Shown here in pieces: positions 1 through 15,599 of a DNA stretch of 64,000 nt (within the stretch, counting starts at the first letter, position 1; each line of letters opens with the position of its first letter). This DNA is from Eledone cirrhosa (lineage: Eukaryota). The notes below the pieces were generated by a model. The model worked only from the letters and a program-made list of their open reading frames with translations. It made no database searches and had not been told where the DNA came from. A program made the position numbers and the translations under genes. The stretch spans positions 8,680,001 through 8,744,000 of the forward strand of contig OZ024752.1 of assembly GCA_964016885.1 (NCBI GenBank), in the 5' to 3' direction.

Positions 1-505
1 CTAGGATGGTTAGAATTTTTGAATGTAATACCTGTATGTATAACTTTTCAATTCCAGTTACTTGCACCAAGATAACTTTGATATGTAAAGTTGGAGGGTT
101 TGCTGTGTATTCTAATTTTTCTTTTGTGTATGAAGGCCCCAAACCCCAAACCTGAAGTGCTCCGGGGTCCCCACGGTATAAGTCCAATCCTGATACAGAT
201 ACGGCCAATTGGTTGAGTCCTTAGAACGTCTTTGAGGTGATACGGCTCTCTAGTCTCGGAGTTCCAATCTCGCAGAGGTCAACTCTGCTTTTTTTTCTCA
301 TTTCCCCCGTTCCTTTCCCTCATCACTCATTACTTTCTATTTATCTTCTATTTCTAACTCTATTTTCTGATGAAGGACTAGTCTCCGAAACGTTAAGACT
401 CTCTTTCTGCTATTTCAAGCGTTAAACTAATATATTTCTTCCATGTACTGTGCCATTTTTTGTTATTTTTGTTATTTTGTTATTTTGTTATTTTTGTTAT
501 TACTT

Positions 506-581
<76 letters not shown>

Positions 582-582
<1 letters not shown>

Positions 583-658
583 GGATGTCCCCAAAATGTA
601 CTTTGATTACCTGTACAGGCAACATTTATTAGAAATGCGCATACATTTGGGACAACCT
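582..658. mobile_element. Tiny TA-flanked MITE-like element
   Basis: Imperfect TIRs AGGATGTCCCCAAAATGTA / TACATTTGGGACAACCT. Confidence 0.45.
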
Positions 659-667
659 ATATATATA

Positions 668-720
<53 letters not shown>

Positions 721-789
721 ATATGTATATATGTATATATATATAAATACGCACACACACATGCATACATAGATACACACACACATATA

Positions 790-828
<39 letters not shown>

Positions 829-987
829 TCATACACACACACACACACATATATATGCATATATACATATATGTATATATATACATATATATATATACAT
901 ATGTATATACATATATATACATATATATATATACATATATATATGTATGTATATATATGTATTTATACATATATATATATATGTATG

Positions 988-1048
<61 letters not shown>

Positions 1049-1106
1049 ATATATATGTATATATATATGTATATATACATATATATGCATACATATATAC
1101 ATATAT

Positions 1107-1177
<71 letters not shown>

Positions 1178-1443
1178 TAGTTATTCAGGTTTTTAGCCTG
1201 TAGAGGCTCCAGTGTTGTCTCATAATTCAGTTCTGAGCAGCCATCTTTATCTGAGACAGATAACGAATAGAGAGGAAATCAGACATTTTAATTAAAAAAT
1301 CTTATGAAGAGACTAAGGAAAAAGATACGTTGGTATTACATATATATATATATACATACATATGTACATATGTACATATGAACATATGAGCATATATATA
1401 TATATACCTACATACATGCATATATATATGTGTGTATATGAAC

Positions 1444-1486
<43 letters not shown>

Positions 1487-1602
1487 TGTATATATATACG
1501 TACATACACATATATATACGTACATACACACATATATATATACGTACATATGTACATATGAACGTATATATACATATATTCATACATACGTGCATATATA
1601 TA

Positions 1603-1686
<84 letters not shown>

Positions 1687-2175
1687 CATACATACATACA
1701 TATGTACATATGTACATACATATATATGTACATATGTACATACATACATATATACATACATATATACATACATATATACATAAATATATATATATATGGT
1801 GGCTGCCAACTCGTTTTCGAGTACGGCCACTACTTTATATCCATGTAGGAGAACCCCTACCGATGCGCTGAACGAGTGTGACTTTTTAGTCCAGCCTGCG
1901 ACTTGAAAACTCTGGTACAAACACTACACTTGTGACAATTATTGACACATAGTGCTGGGCCCATGGTACTATGTGACGACAAGTGCAGAGAGATCTCCAG
2001 ATATAAAGCAATGCCTGTGCCGTGAAGCTTTTATAGTGAGCAAAGGCACTGCACAAAGCCAGTCCCACTCTCTTAACCAAGATGATATTTACCAAAAAGA
2101 AGAACAAGTCAACATCATTGGATACTATCAGGGTGGCAGGTGTTATATCAGAGTTTTCCTTCTCCTAGAATTATA

Positions 2176-2206
<31 letters not shown>

Positions 2207-2542
2207 TAGGAACGATCGACTTTCGTCAAATCGGACCGTCGGAACAATGTTTCCGTTGGTCTTTCCAATTGCTAATGCTATCTATCGGTCGCAACTCCAG
2301 GTAGAAGGAGCAACATGAAATAAAGTGTCTTGCTCAAGGACATAACGCATCGCCTGGTCCAGGAATCGAACTCACAACCTTACGATTGCGAATCCAATTC
2401 CCTAACCACTCAGCCACACGCCTATATATATATATACATACATGCAAACATACATACATAGGTACATATATACATATATACATATATATATCTACACACA
2501 TATATATATATACATGCATATACATATATATACACATACATT

Positions 2543-2648
<106 letters not shown>

Positions 2649-2736
2649 GGAACAAGTATGACCCCGACGGCAGAGCTCAAGCCGTTTCGACAGCTAATTC
2701 TGGACAGAATTAGCCGTCGAAACGGCTTGAGCTTCG

Positions 2737-2784
<48 letters not shown>

Positions 2785-2787
<3 letters not shown>

Positions 2788-2974
2788 TGAGATTCTACAG
2801 GACTAGAACTGTTTCATTCTTTAGAAATCATCAGGAATCAGAGATTCCTGATGATTTCTAAAGAATGAAACAGTTCTAGTCCTGTAGAATCTCATCTATA
2901 TTAAAACTTTTATACTCTGCAATGTATTGAGTACCTTACTTACTGTGGTTACCTCCGATTCAACCCGGAATAAC

Positions 2975-2975
<1 letters not shown>
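2785..2975 (+). mobile_element. Short hairpin-plus-tail PLE-like element, family A (other copies 3362-3490 and 20639-20778, minus strand)
   Basis: Inverted arms centred at ~2840, tail ending CCGGAATAACG, (TA)n on both sides. Confidence 0.8.
2841..2893 (+). ncRNA. Type I hammerhead ribozyme (family A)
   Basis: GAGATTC CTGATGA TTTCTAAAGAAT GAAA CAG-TTCTAGTC-CTG TA GAATCTC. Confidence 0.82.
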
Positions 2976-3014
<39 letters not shown>

Positions 3015-3206
3015 ACTAGCATGAATAACTCCTGTGATTATTCATGTTTATTTATATGTTAATCAATTTCTAGTTATTATAAAATGCTCGGACCTACTCG
3101 TTAGAATCTTAGAGCTTATTTTGCGGGTGATATGGCGCATGTCTTTCTGGCATGACACCCATAATTTTGATTTAGATTAAATTCATTTGATTTATCTTAA
3201 TTTTGG

Positions 3207-3364
<158 letters not shown>

Positions 3365-4619
3365 GTTATTCCGGGTTGAATCGGAGGTAACCACAGTAAG
3401 TAAGGTACTCAATACATTGCAGAGTATAAAAGTTTTAATATAGATGATATTCTACAGGACTAGAACTGTTTCATTCTTTAGAAATCATCATATATATATA
3501 GGTATTAGGATTGGTGCTCTGAAATAGCGATGTTTACATGAATGTATGTATAGTATATTTGGCAATATACCGTATGTTTAATTAAAAACATTTAGAAGAC
3601 CATACGCTATCAATTCTAAAGTAGTGACTATGTCACTTACTTCTTTTCGGCGAAAGAAGTATGGTGAATGCCAGCCACCGTGAAACAGACTGTCAGCTGC
3701 TCTCCCTTCTTTCAATATTGGTGTACTGTTCAAGCTACCATAGAATGACAAGAACCTGCAGATTTTCAGGGCCGCCAAAACAAAGTGCAACTGACAACCA
3801 GGCGTTGTGTCAACGAGTAAAAGACACAACCCTCTACGGAAGTATCTAGATAGCCAGCCACAATATAGGGCCAAAGCCGTAGTAATATATGATGGCATCA
3901 AGGAAGTATTTGGATGAAGCCAGAACAAGACAGCTTCCTTCAAATCCTTCTCTGGAAGAACAATTACAAAGAAACGTTAATGGAGAACTGAATGAAACAA
4001 AAATCCGACTTATACCCCGGAGAGTGTATCAAGTACCCTTCAACTAGAAGTGAAGAACTGAATGTAACACAACCTCGACTTATGCCCCACACAGTATAAC
4101 ACATACCCTTCAACTAGAGATGGAGAACTGAATTTAACACAACTTCGACTTATACCCCAGAGAATGTATCAAGTACCCTTCAATTAGAGTTGGAGAGATG
4201 AAAGAAACACTAAACTGACCTATACCACAGAAAAAACATCAGGTACCCTCCAGCCCTGGATACCACCACGTGAAGGCCAAGCACAGAATTGTCCTCCGAA
4301 TATCGATCAAGTACCTTATCTAGCGGCCACCATCAACCACAATTTCTCTCAGACCTCATCAAACCAGCTCAAGAAAGAAAACGTGTTTCAGTCCTTTGAC
4401 TAACGAAACAGCCTAATCGTGTAATTAATGTGCTTGCAAGTGGCCGGGCATTCCACAGCCACATGTACTTTCCACATAGTTCTCAGGGAGATTCAGCGTG
4501 ATACAGTGTGTGATTAGGTTGATGTTTTTAATGTCTTCTAGTAGCTATAGTAATTAGTTTTTATTGAAATATCCAGAACAGGCTGTGTTGTTTTTTCTTC
4601 TTTTTAGTCAGACACAGAT

Positions 4620-5313
4620 CCTTCAGTTAAGACGGAACCTATCACACACATCATACAGTTACGATGGAACCTATCACATACATAATAGAGTTAAGACGGA
4701 ACCTATCACATATATCATACAGTTAAGACAGAATCTATCACACAGATCATACAGTTAAGACGGAACCTATCAGATATATCATACAGTTAAGACGGAACCT
4801 ATCAGATATATCATACAGTTAAGAAGGAACCTATCACATACATCATACAGTTAAGACGGAACCTATCAGATACATCATACAGTTAAGACGGAACCTATCA
4901 CATACATCATACAGTTAAGACGGAACCTATCACATACATCATACAGCTAAGACGGAACCTATCACATACATCATACAGTTAAGACGGAACCTATCACATA
5001 TATCATACAGTTAAGACAGAATCTATCACACAGATCATACAGTTAAGACGGAACCTATCAGATATATCATACAGTTAAGAAGGAACCTATCACATACATC
5101 ATACAGTTAAGACGGAACCTATCAGATACATCATACAGTTAAGACGGAACCTATCACATACATCATACAGTTAAGACGGAACCTATCACATACATCATAC
5201 AGTTAAGACGGAACCTATCACATACATCATACAGTTAAGACGGAACCTATCACATACATCATACAGTTAAGACGGAACTATCACATACATCATACAGTTA
5301 AGACGGAACCTAT
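4620..5313. repeat. 30-bp minisatellite
   Basis: Unit CAGTTAAGACGGAACCTATCACATACATCATA-like, about 22 copies. Confidence 0.9.
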
Positions 5314-5530
5314 CTCATCCACTCGAAGAATCGAAAGCATTTAGTAATTTGAGGGAGAATTGACAGCTATTTCTAGCCTGTAGAGTGACAGCTAATACTA
5401 TACTACTAATGTAGGTAGTAGTAAGTAGGTAAGACACTAGTTATATTTCAGTATTGCTTTAGTAAACAGGAGGGAAACAACAGAGTCGATGGTACAGAAC
5501 TGTAAACTAAGTTAACAGAGCTAACGACAA

Positions 5531-5856
<326 letters not shown>

Positions 5857-5890
5857 CCACACATATATATCTATATCTCTCTCTATATAT

Positions 5891-5931
<41 letters not shown>

Positions 5932-5970
5932 CACACACACACACGCACATATATATATTTATAAATAACT

Positions 5971-6058
<88 letters not shown>

Positions 6059-6221
6059 CATATATGTACATATGAATATACATACACACACACATATATA
6101 TATACACATATATATAAATATATATACAGATATATATATATATATATATAAATACATATATATAAATATACATATATATATATAAATATACACATATATA
6201 TATATATATATACATATACAC

Positions 6222-6282
<61 letters not shown>

Positions 6283-6793
6283 CATATATATACATATATA
6301 TATATAAATATACACATATATATATATATACATATATATATATGTAAATACACACACACACATATATATGTAAATACACACACACACACACACACGCACA
6401 CACACACACATATATATACACACACACACGCACACACACATATATATATATATGTAAATACACACACACACACGCACACACATGTATATATATGTATACA
6501 CACACACATATAAAATCAAGGGACGAAGCTTATCGAATAAAACAGACTCAGCTTCGGTCGTCCTTTCCTCACTCACTCAATAATCAAGTCTATATTATCA
6601 AACTTCGACCCGAATCTATACAGTTTAGACTTTACATTAATCACTGAGGCAGACGACATCTTGTGGCGGACGTCAACAAAATAGTTACAAAAACAAAAAG
6701 ATAAAGACATATAAAGAAAGACACGGAGAAAAGAACGGGATTTGTTTTAATTCTCATATTTAGATAATCTTTAAAAATTTCTGTTTGTTTTTG

Positions 6794-6895
<102 letters not shown>

Positions 6896-7100
6896 CTCTC
6901 TCTGTCTCTCATACAGACACACACACACTCTCATACACACACTCTCTCTCTCATACACACACACACTCTCAAAAAAGAAAGGAAAAAAAAAGATTATTTC
7001 AAGTATAATTTTTCCAAATAATTACAACATAGTTTCTATAAAAATAATTTATCTGTCTGTCCCTCTATCTATCTATCTATTTGTCTATCTATCTACCACC

Positions 7101-7175
<75 letters not shown>

Positions 7176-7862
7176 CCTCTATTTCTTTTACATGTATCTC
7201 CCTCCCTCTCTATATATCTCACTGTCTAACGTTCTCCCATGCCCTGTCATTCTCTCTCTCTCCTCCCCCTCTACATAAAACTACTTGTTTGTCTCCTCCT
7301 CCCCTTCTCTTCCTGTACCCCCGTCTCCCCCTTCTAATCTATGTTTAACCAATTCAACATTACACCAGCACAATATTCGGTCTAGGAGTGTTATCGTCCC
7401 AGGTATGTATCTTTGGTGTCTGACAGTCTGGATGTGTGAAGACGAGAGAGTGGTTCTGCTAGATAATAAGATGACTAACCGTCCCGTGAGCAGATAATAA
7501 TGTTGTTTGAGGCTGGCTGGCATTGGTCGGAGCAGACTCCTTTTCACAAAGCGTTCGTCCAGAGAACAGGAGAAAGTAAAGGAAGAGGAAAAGAAGATAT
7601 TGTTTCTACTTTGTTTTACCCATCACCTCCTCAGTTATGTTTCATGTCTTATTTTGTTTCCGGTTTCAAACACTTATCACTTTCACGTTACAAGAACCGA
7701 CATTGTTGTGTACATTTTTACGGTTGCCGTCAGCAATACAACAAAACTTCTCCTCAACCTGGAAACTCAGGAGAGAACCAACACCAAGAGAGTTTTCCTA
7801 CTGTTTCGACAGGAGGCCGCCAACTATCGTTTGACAACGGCTGCCTCACAGCACAATATCTA

Positions 7863-8499
7863 ATGTACCCATCTCGATTTGTAATACTGGTAGTGCTTAT
7901 TGCAATGACAGCTTGCAGTAGTATGGCCATGCCAGTCCAGGTTGTTGCAGCATGGTCAACCACAAGAAACTATTCAACGTACCGTAACAGCAACCCGTCC
8001 CACAGTATCTCGCAAAAGTTCACACCAGTCGAAGCATCATCACATTTATCACATCCGTTGAAATCCAATCGTTATGTGTCCGTATCAAATTCAATTTGGT
8101 CATCACTCTTAGATAAGGCTCTACCACGAAACTCATCATTTCAACACTGGTCAGTTGTTAATAAGGACGGCTTAAGGAGTAGCCAAGCGTTAGACGAGGG
8201 TAACATTCACCATATCAATTACAGGGACAAAAAACATTTATCGGAGGAAATAGATGAGGCCCTTGTTCGTAAACGTCGGTCATCTACGGAAGAAATATCA
8301 AATTCAAACATGGATGCGCTCGAACGTTTGTCACGTGTGTTTGGCATTCGGCGACTTCCGTCATCGGACAAAGTGTCACCACATTTGATCGCTCCTGAAT
8401 ATATGACACAACTTTATCAAAGTATTACAGACAGCGGAGGCCTGACAAAGGCTAATAGTCCTTACAATGCGGATATTATACGTAGCTTCCCAGACAGAG
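7863..8499 (+). CDS. ADMP: First coding exon of a BMP/TGF-beta family ligand (signal peptide + N-terminal prodomain), most similar to ADMP
   Basis: ATG at 7863 starts a hydrophobic signal peptide (MYPSRFVILVVLIAMTACSSMA). RKRR furin-type site at 8268-8279. Prodomain motif L..VFGI...APEYMTQLYQSITDSGGLTKANSPYNADIIRSFPDR, followed by a phase-1 donor AG|GTAAGT at 8499/8500, the usual intron position after 'RSF' in BMP genes. The ADMP assignment is from motif recall only. Confidence 0.75.
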
Positions 8500-8579
8500 G
8501 TAAGTGACAAACACTTTTGTAATTCACGAATCTACCGAAATTGTATTTATGTACTTTCATTACATTAAATGTATTTCGG

Positions 8580-8715
<136 letters not shown>

Positions 8716-8861
8716 CAGACTTACACTCACACACACACATATATATAGATATACTCTTATATATATATATTATATATATATATAGGAAAAGTAAAAAACA
8801 ATAACAAGGAGTACAGTTACGAAAAGTGTTTGGTATTCAGAGTGTGCGTGTGTGGGGGGTG

Positions 8862-8938
<77 letters not shown>

Positions 8939-9115
8939 ACACTCTTACATGTATATGTGTTTATTTTATATATATATATATATGTTAATCGACTTTTAAT
9001 TTAATGTTAATAAATGCTCGGATTTACTACTTGGAATCTTTGAGCTTATTCCACAGGTGGTATGGCGCATGATTCTGATATTCTCAGGCATGGCATCTTT
9101 AATTTAATTTTGATA

Positions 9116-9168
<53 letters not shown>

Positions 9169-9321
9169 TAGATATATATGTGTGTGTGTATATATGTGTG
9201 TGTATATACACTTGCACATATATATATATATATATATATATATACTGTAAATGATAATCAAAGAGTGTTTAATCTTTCAAACATTTAATTACTGACGATC
9301 GTTTCATCCTAGCACAAGGCC

Positions 9322-9414
<93 letters not shown>

Positions 9415-9438
9415 GCGCACACACGCCCCCCACACACA

Positions 9439-9516
<78 letters not shown>

Positions 9517-9769
9517 CAACCGATACGTGCATATATATATGTGTGCATGTATGTATATAATATATACACACTACTTTACGTTTGTACACATATATGTATG
9601 TACGTATACATACATACATACTTATATATACATATATATATATATCTTTGATTTTGATTTAACGGACATATAGGGATTAAGGTAAATTTGTTAATACCGA
9701 AAGTCCGTTAAGTGGAAATATTCTTGGGCTCATTTTCTTCAAATGGAAGAAAAACATAACAGCTTTATT

Positions 9770-10266
9770 ACAATATAGACGAGTATAAGATATTACAATA
9801 TTACAATATACACGAGTATAAGATATTACAATATAAATGAGTATAAAGATTACAATATACATGACTATAAGATATTAAGATATTATAATATACACGAGTA
9901 AAAATATTAAATTATTACAATATACACGAGAATAAGATATTATTGCAATATACACGAGAATAAGATATTATTGCAATATACACGAGAATAAGATATTATT
10001 GCAATATACACGAGAATAAGATATTATTGCAATATACACGAGAATAAGATATTATTGCAATATACACGAGAATAAGATATTATTGCAATATACACGAGAA
10101 TAAGATATTATTGCAATATACACGAGAATAAGATATTATTACAATATACACGAGAATAAGATATTATTACAATATACACGAGAATAAGATATTATTACAA
10201 TATACACGAGAATAAGATATTATTGCAATATACACGAGTAAAAATATAAAAATATTACAATATACA
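9770..10266. repeat. ~29-bp minisatellite
   Basis: Unit CAATATACACGAGAATAAGATATTATTG-like. Confidence 0.85.
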
Positions 10267-10609
10267 CCTGTGTAAAATAATGGTTTCTTATATAGGCACG
10301 AGGCCAGCATATTTTGGGGGTGGGGTAAATCGATTTAATCGACCCCAGTACGTTACTGGTACTTTATTTTATCGACCCCGTAAGGATGAAAGGCAAAGTT
10401 AACCTCGGTGGGATTTGAACTCAGACCATAAAGGGCCACACGAGTGTAAAATATTAAAGTATTCAGTTGTAAGGAAATGTAATTTTGACATCTATTTGTA
10501 TTGTGTTGAGGGGAGGCTGGGGTTTATTGTGACCCGAGTGGTGGCTGGGATTACCTGGATCAAATAACCTGAGGATTTAAGGTACATAAACATATATATA
10601 CAGACAGGT

Positions 10610-11436
10610 GCATACACACACACGGACACTCATACACACATACACACACGGACATACATACACACATACATATGGACACACACACACGGACACACACACA
10701 CACGCGGACACACATACACACACACATGGACATATATACATACGAACACACACACACACGCACACACACACACACACGCACACACACGCACACACACACA
10801 CACGCACACACACAAACGCACACGCACATGGACACACACGCACATGGACACGGACACACACACGGACACACATACACACGCACATGGACACATACACATA
10901 CGGACACACACACACGCGCGGACACACATACACACACACATTGACATATATACATACGGACACACACACACACGGACACACACACACACACACGCAAACA
11001 CACACACACACACGGATACACACACACACGTACACACACACGCACACGCACATGGACACACACGCACATGGACACACCCACACATGGACACACACGCACA
11101 TGGACACGGACACACACACGGACACACATACACACGCACATGGACACATACACATACGGACACACTCACACACACACGCACACGGACACACATAGACACG
11201 GATACATACACACACACGGACACACGCACACACGTACACTCACACACGGACACACGTACACACGTACACTCACACATACACACACACACGTACACACGTT
11301 CACTCACACACGGAGACACGTACACTCACACACGGAGACTCGTACACTCACACACGGACACATACACACGAATACACATACACACGAACACACACACACA
11401 CATACACATGGACACACACACATACACACGGCACAT

Positions 11437-11507
<71 letters not shown>

Positions 11508-11636
11508 ATAGGATTTAACGAACACAAAGCGGTCAGTTGCCCCGGGCCACATGCAGTGCGTGGGGTGGGACCAGCGACGGCCATAGCAATTTATTTGTGC
11601 CCTTAGCTAGGTTTATATATATATATATATGTGTGT

Positions 11637-11686
<50 letters not shown>

Positions 11687-11910
11687 GTGTGTGTGTGTCC
11701 GTGTGTCTGTGTGTGTGTGTCTGTGTATCTGTGTGTCTGTGTGTCCGTGTGTGTGTGTCCGTGTGTCTGTGTGTCTGTGTGTGTGTGTCTGTGTATCTGT
11801 GTGTCCGTGTGTGTATGTGTGTCCGTGTGTATCCGTGTGGGTGTGTGTGTGTGTGTGTCCGTGTGTGTGTGTATGTGTGTCCATGTGTGTGTGTGTATGT
11901 GTGCGTGTAA

Positions 11911-11997
<87 letters not shown>

Positions 11998-12012
11998 CGT
12001 GTGTGTGTGTGT
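10610..12012. repeat. Cryptic (CA)n/CACGGA repeat followed by an inverted (GT)n/GTCCGT repeat
   Basis: CA-rich 10610-11506 and GT-rich 11630-12012, with the same GGACAC variant on opposite strands. Confidence 0.8.
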
Positions 12013-12156
12013 AAGTAGATTCCTGCTATATATCTGGAGATAACAGTTAAAAAACTGCTAAATTCATTAGTAGAGTGTAAACATTTATTTTATTACAGAA
12101 ATGACTTCTAGAGGACTAGAACTGCTTTATTTATAAGAAATCATCAAGGAAGTCCG

Positions 12157-12224
<68 letters not shown>

Positions 12225-12242
12225 TATATATATATATATATA

Positions 12243-12648
12243 TATAAGTATGTACATGTACATACATATATGTATACAGACGTACAGTAGTATGTATATA
12301 TATATACATACATGCACACGTATATATATGTACGTATGGATTCACCGAACATTTATTATAATGCTCGGTGTGTTTGTAAACACACATCCCGTATTAAGCC
12401 GTAGTGTCCAGCAACCATCGTTGGACACTACGGCTTAATACGGGATGTTTGTTTACAAACACACCGAGCATTATAATAAATGTTCGGTGAATCCATACGT
12501 ACATATATATATGTGTGCATGTATGTATATATATATACATATTACTCTACGTCTGTATACATATATGTATGTACGTGTACATACTTATATTTAAGTAACA
12601 GCCGTACTAAGAGTGGGAAATGAAATTTCGTTTCATTTTTTCCGTTTA
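12243..12648 (+). mobile_element. Hairpin insertion related to the 466-bp family, with a ~60-nt unpaired tail
   Basis: Inverted arms centred at ~12413. Tail ...GTACTAAGAGTGGGAAATGAAATTTCG matches the end of the 466-bp element. Confidence 0.7.
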
Positions 12649-12701
12649 TATATATATATATATATATATATACGTATAAAAGAAATCATCAAGGAAGTCC
12701 G

Positions 12702-12739
<38 letters not shown>

Positions 12740-12789
12740 CGTATATTTATATATATGTATATTTTTATATATGTACATTTATATATATG

Positions 12790-12821
<32 letters not shown>

Positions 12822-13149
12822 TATATAGATATGTATATATATATGATAAATTGAAACAAAATGAAAACGAAATTTCATTTCTCACTCTTAGTATGGCACT
12901 TACTTAAATGTAAGTATGCATGTATACGTACATACATATATGTATACAGACGTACAGTAGCATGCACATATATATATATATATACATATATATATACATA
13001 TGCATACAGGTACACATACATATATGCACGTATCAGTTTAGCGGCGCTAACGTCGCTTTGTTCGTTTGTAAACAAACTGAACAGCCTGAATTTATGCCAT
13101 ACGGTGTTAAGGCAACCACGTCACCTTTTTGTTCAACACTGACACAGGA

Positions 13150-13192
13150 ACGATGTACTAGTTTCAAGCTTGTTAGCTATCATCAGCACCGT
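13150..13192 (-). ncRNA. Minimal type I hammerhead ribozyme, unit 1
   Basis: Minus strand ACGGTG CTGATGA TAGCTAACAAGCTT GAAA CTAG TA CATCGT: stem I, core, AGCT/AGCT stem II, palindromic stem III. Confidence 0.85.
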
Positions 13193-13615
13193 TTACCCAT
13201 CTGTCAGATAGTTGAACGTTCGAAAGTATATACTTTCCTTATGAAAATTAACGGCTGAGCAGCCTAATTTGCATATTGAGTGAGTTAAATCGGTCAGGCA
13301 TACCGAAAACGATAAATTGAAACAAAATGAAAACGAAATTTCATTTCTCACTCTTAGTATGGCACTTACTTAAATGTAAGTATGCATGTATACGTACATA
13401 CATATATGTATACAGACGTACAGTAGCATGCACATATATATATATATATACATATATATATACATATGCATACAGGTACACATACATATATGCACGTATC
13501 AGTTTAGCGGCGCTAACGTCGCTTTGTTCGTTTGTAAACAAACTGAACAGCCTGAATTTATGCCATACGGTGTTAAGGCAACCACGTCACCTTTTTGTTC
13601 AACACTGACACAGGA

Positions 13616-13658
13616 ACGATGTACTAGTTTCAAGCTTGTTAGCTATCATCAGCACCGT
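13616..13658 (-). ncRNA. Minimal hammerhead ribozyme, unit 2
   Basis: Identical to 13150-13192 (+466). Confidence 0.85.
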
Positions 13659-14081
13659 TTACCCATCTGTCAGATAGTTGAACGTTCGAAAGTATATACT
13701 TTCCTTATGAAAATTAACGGCTGAGCAGCCTAATTTGCATATTGAGTGAGTTAAATCGGTCAGGCATACCGAAAACGATAAATTGAAACAAAATGAAAAC
13801 GAAATTTCATTTCTCACTCTTAGTATGGCACTTACTTAAATGTAAGTATGCATGTATACGTACATACATATATGTATACAGACGTACAGTAGCATGCACA
13901 TATATATATATATATACATATATATATACATATGCATACAGGTACACATACATATATGCACGTATCAGTTTAGCGGCGCTAACGTCGCTTTGTTCGTTTG
14001 TAAACAAACTGAACAGCCTGAATTTATGCCATACGGTGTTAAGGCAACCACGTCACCTTTTTGTTCAACACTGACACAGGA

Positions 14082-14124
14082 ACGATGTACTAGTTTCAAG
14101 CTTGTTAGCTATCATCAGCACCGT
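14082..14124 (-). ncRNA. Minimal hammerhead ribozyme, unit 3
   Basis: Identical to 13150-13192 (+932). Confidence 0.85.
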
Positions 14125-14547
14125 TTACCCATCTGTCAGATAGTTGAACGTTCGAAAGTATATACTTTCCTTATGAAAATTAACGGCTGAGCAGCCTAAT
14201 TTGCATATTGAGTGAGTTAAATCGGTCAGGCATACCGAAAACGATAAATTGAAACAAAATGAAAACGAAATTTCATTTCTCACTCTTAGTATGGCACTTA
14301 CTTAAATGTAAGTATGCATGTATACGTACATACATATATGTATACAGACGTACAGTAGCATGCACATATATATATATATATACATATATATATACATATG
14401 CATACAGGTACACATACATATATGCACGTATCAGTTTAGCGGCGCTAACGTCGCTTTGTTCGTTTGTAAACAAACTGAACAGCCTGAATTTATGCCATAC
14501 GGTGTTAAGGCAACCACGTCACCTTTTTGTTCAACACTGACACAGGA

Positions 14548-14590
14548 ACGATGTACTAGTTTCAAGCTTGTTAGCTATCATCAGCACCGT
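14548..14590 (-). ncRNA. Minimal hammerhead ribozyme, unit 4
   Basis: Identical to 13150-13192 (+1398). Confidence 0.85.
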
Positions 14591-15026
14591 TTACCCATCT
14601 GTCAGATAGTTGAACGTTCGAAAGTATATACTTTCCTTATGAAAATTAACGGCTGCGTATGGCATAAATTCAGGCTGTTCAGTTTGTTTACAAACGAACA
14701 AAGCGACGTTAGCGCCGCTAAACGTGCATATATGTATGTGTACCTGTATGCATATGTATATATATATGTATATATATATATATATGTGCATGCTACTGTA
14801 CGTCTGTATACATATATGTATGTACGTATACATGCATACTTACATTTAAGTAAGTGCCATACTAAGAGTGAGAAATGAAATTTCGTTTTCATTTTGTTTC
14901 AATTTATCGTTTTCGGTATGCCTGACCGATTTAACTCACTCAATATGCAAATTAGGCTGCTCAGCCGTTAATTTTCATAAGGAAAGTATATACTTTCGAA
15001 CGTTCAACTATCTGACAGATGGGTAA

Positions 15027-15069
15027 ACGGTGCTGATGATAGCTAACAAGCTTAAAACTAGTACATCGT
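15027..15069 (+). ncRNA. Hammerhead in the inverted unit with a core mutation (GAAA to AAAA)
   Basis: ACGGTG CTGATGA TAGCTAACAAGCTT AAAA CTAG TA CATCGT. Confidence 0.7.
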
Positions 15070-15440
15070 TCCTGTGTCAGTGTTGAACAAAAAGGTGACG
15101 TGGTTGCCTTAACACCGTATGGCATAAATTCAGGCTGTTCAGTTTGTTTACAAACGAACAAAGCGACGTTAGCGCCGCTAAACTGATACGTGCATATATG
15201 TATGTGTACCTGTATGCATATGTATATATATATGTATATATATATATATATGTGCATGCTACTGTACGTCTGTATACATATATGTATGTACGTATACATG
15301 CATACTTACATTTATATATATATGTATATATATATATCTATATCTATATCTATATGTATATATATATATATATATATACATATATATATACATGTATATG
15401 TATATATATACATATATATATGTATATATATATATTTATA

Positions 15441-15599
<159 letters not shown>

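Larger units (their letters stand above)
12845..15312 (-). mobile_element. 466-bp tandem array (~3.9 units) plus ~1.4 inverted units; retrozyme-like / PLE-dependent element
   Basis: Identical ORFs recur at 12861, 13327, 13793 and 14259 (period 466). Inversion junction at 14655/14656. (TA)n flanks, with one HHR per unit. Confidence 0.88.

Noticed and set aside
4620-5313. CRISPR-like appearance of the 30-bp and 39-bp repeats (also 34897-35399)
   Set aside because: Head-to-tail units without unique spacers, no cas genes, eukaryotic context.
7500-7862. Upstream in-frame extension of the BMP-like ORF
   Set aside because: The signal peptide begins at Met 7863. The upstream part has no recognisable motif and is probably 5' UTR, though upstream initiation is not excluded.
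12861-15299. Repeated 93/112-aa ORFs in the 466-bp array
   Set aside because: Low-complexity peptides with no domain signature; the unit is better explained as non-coding.
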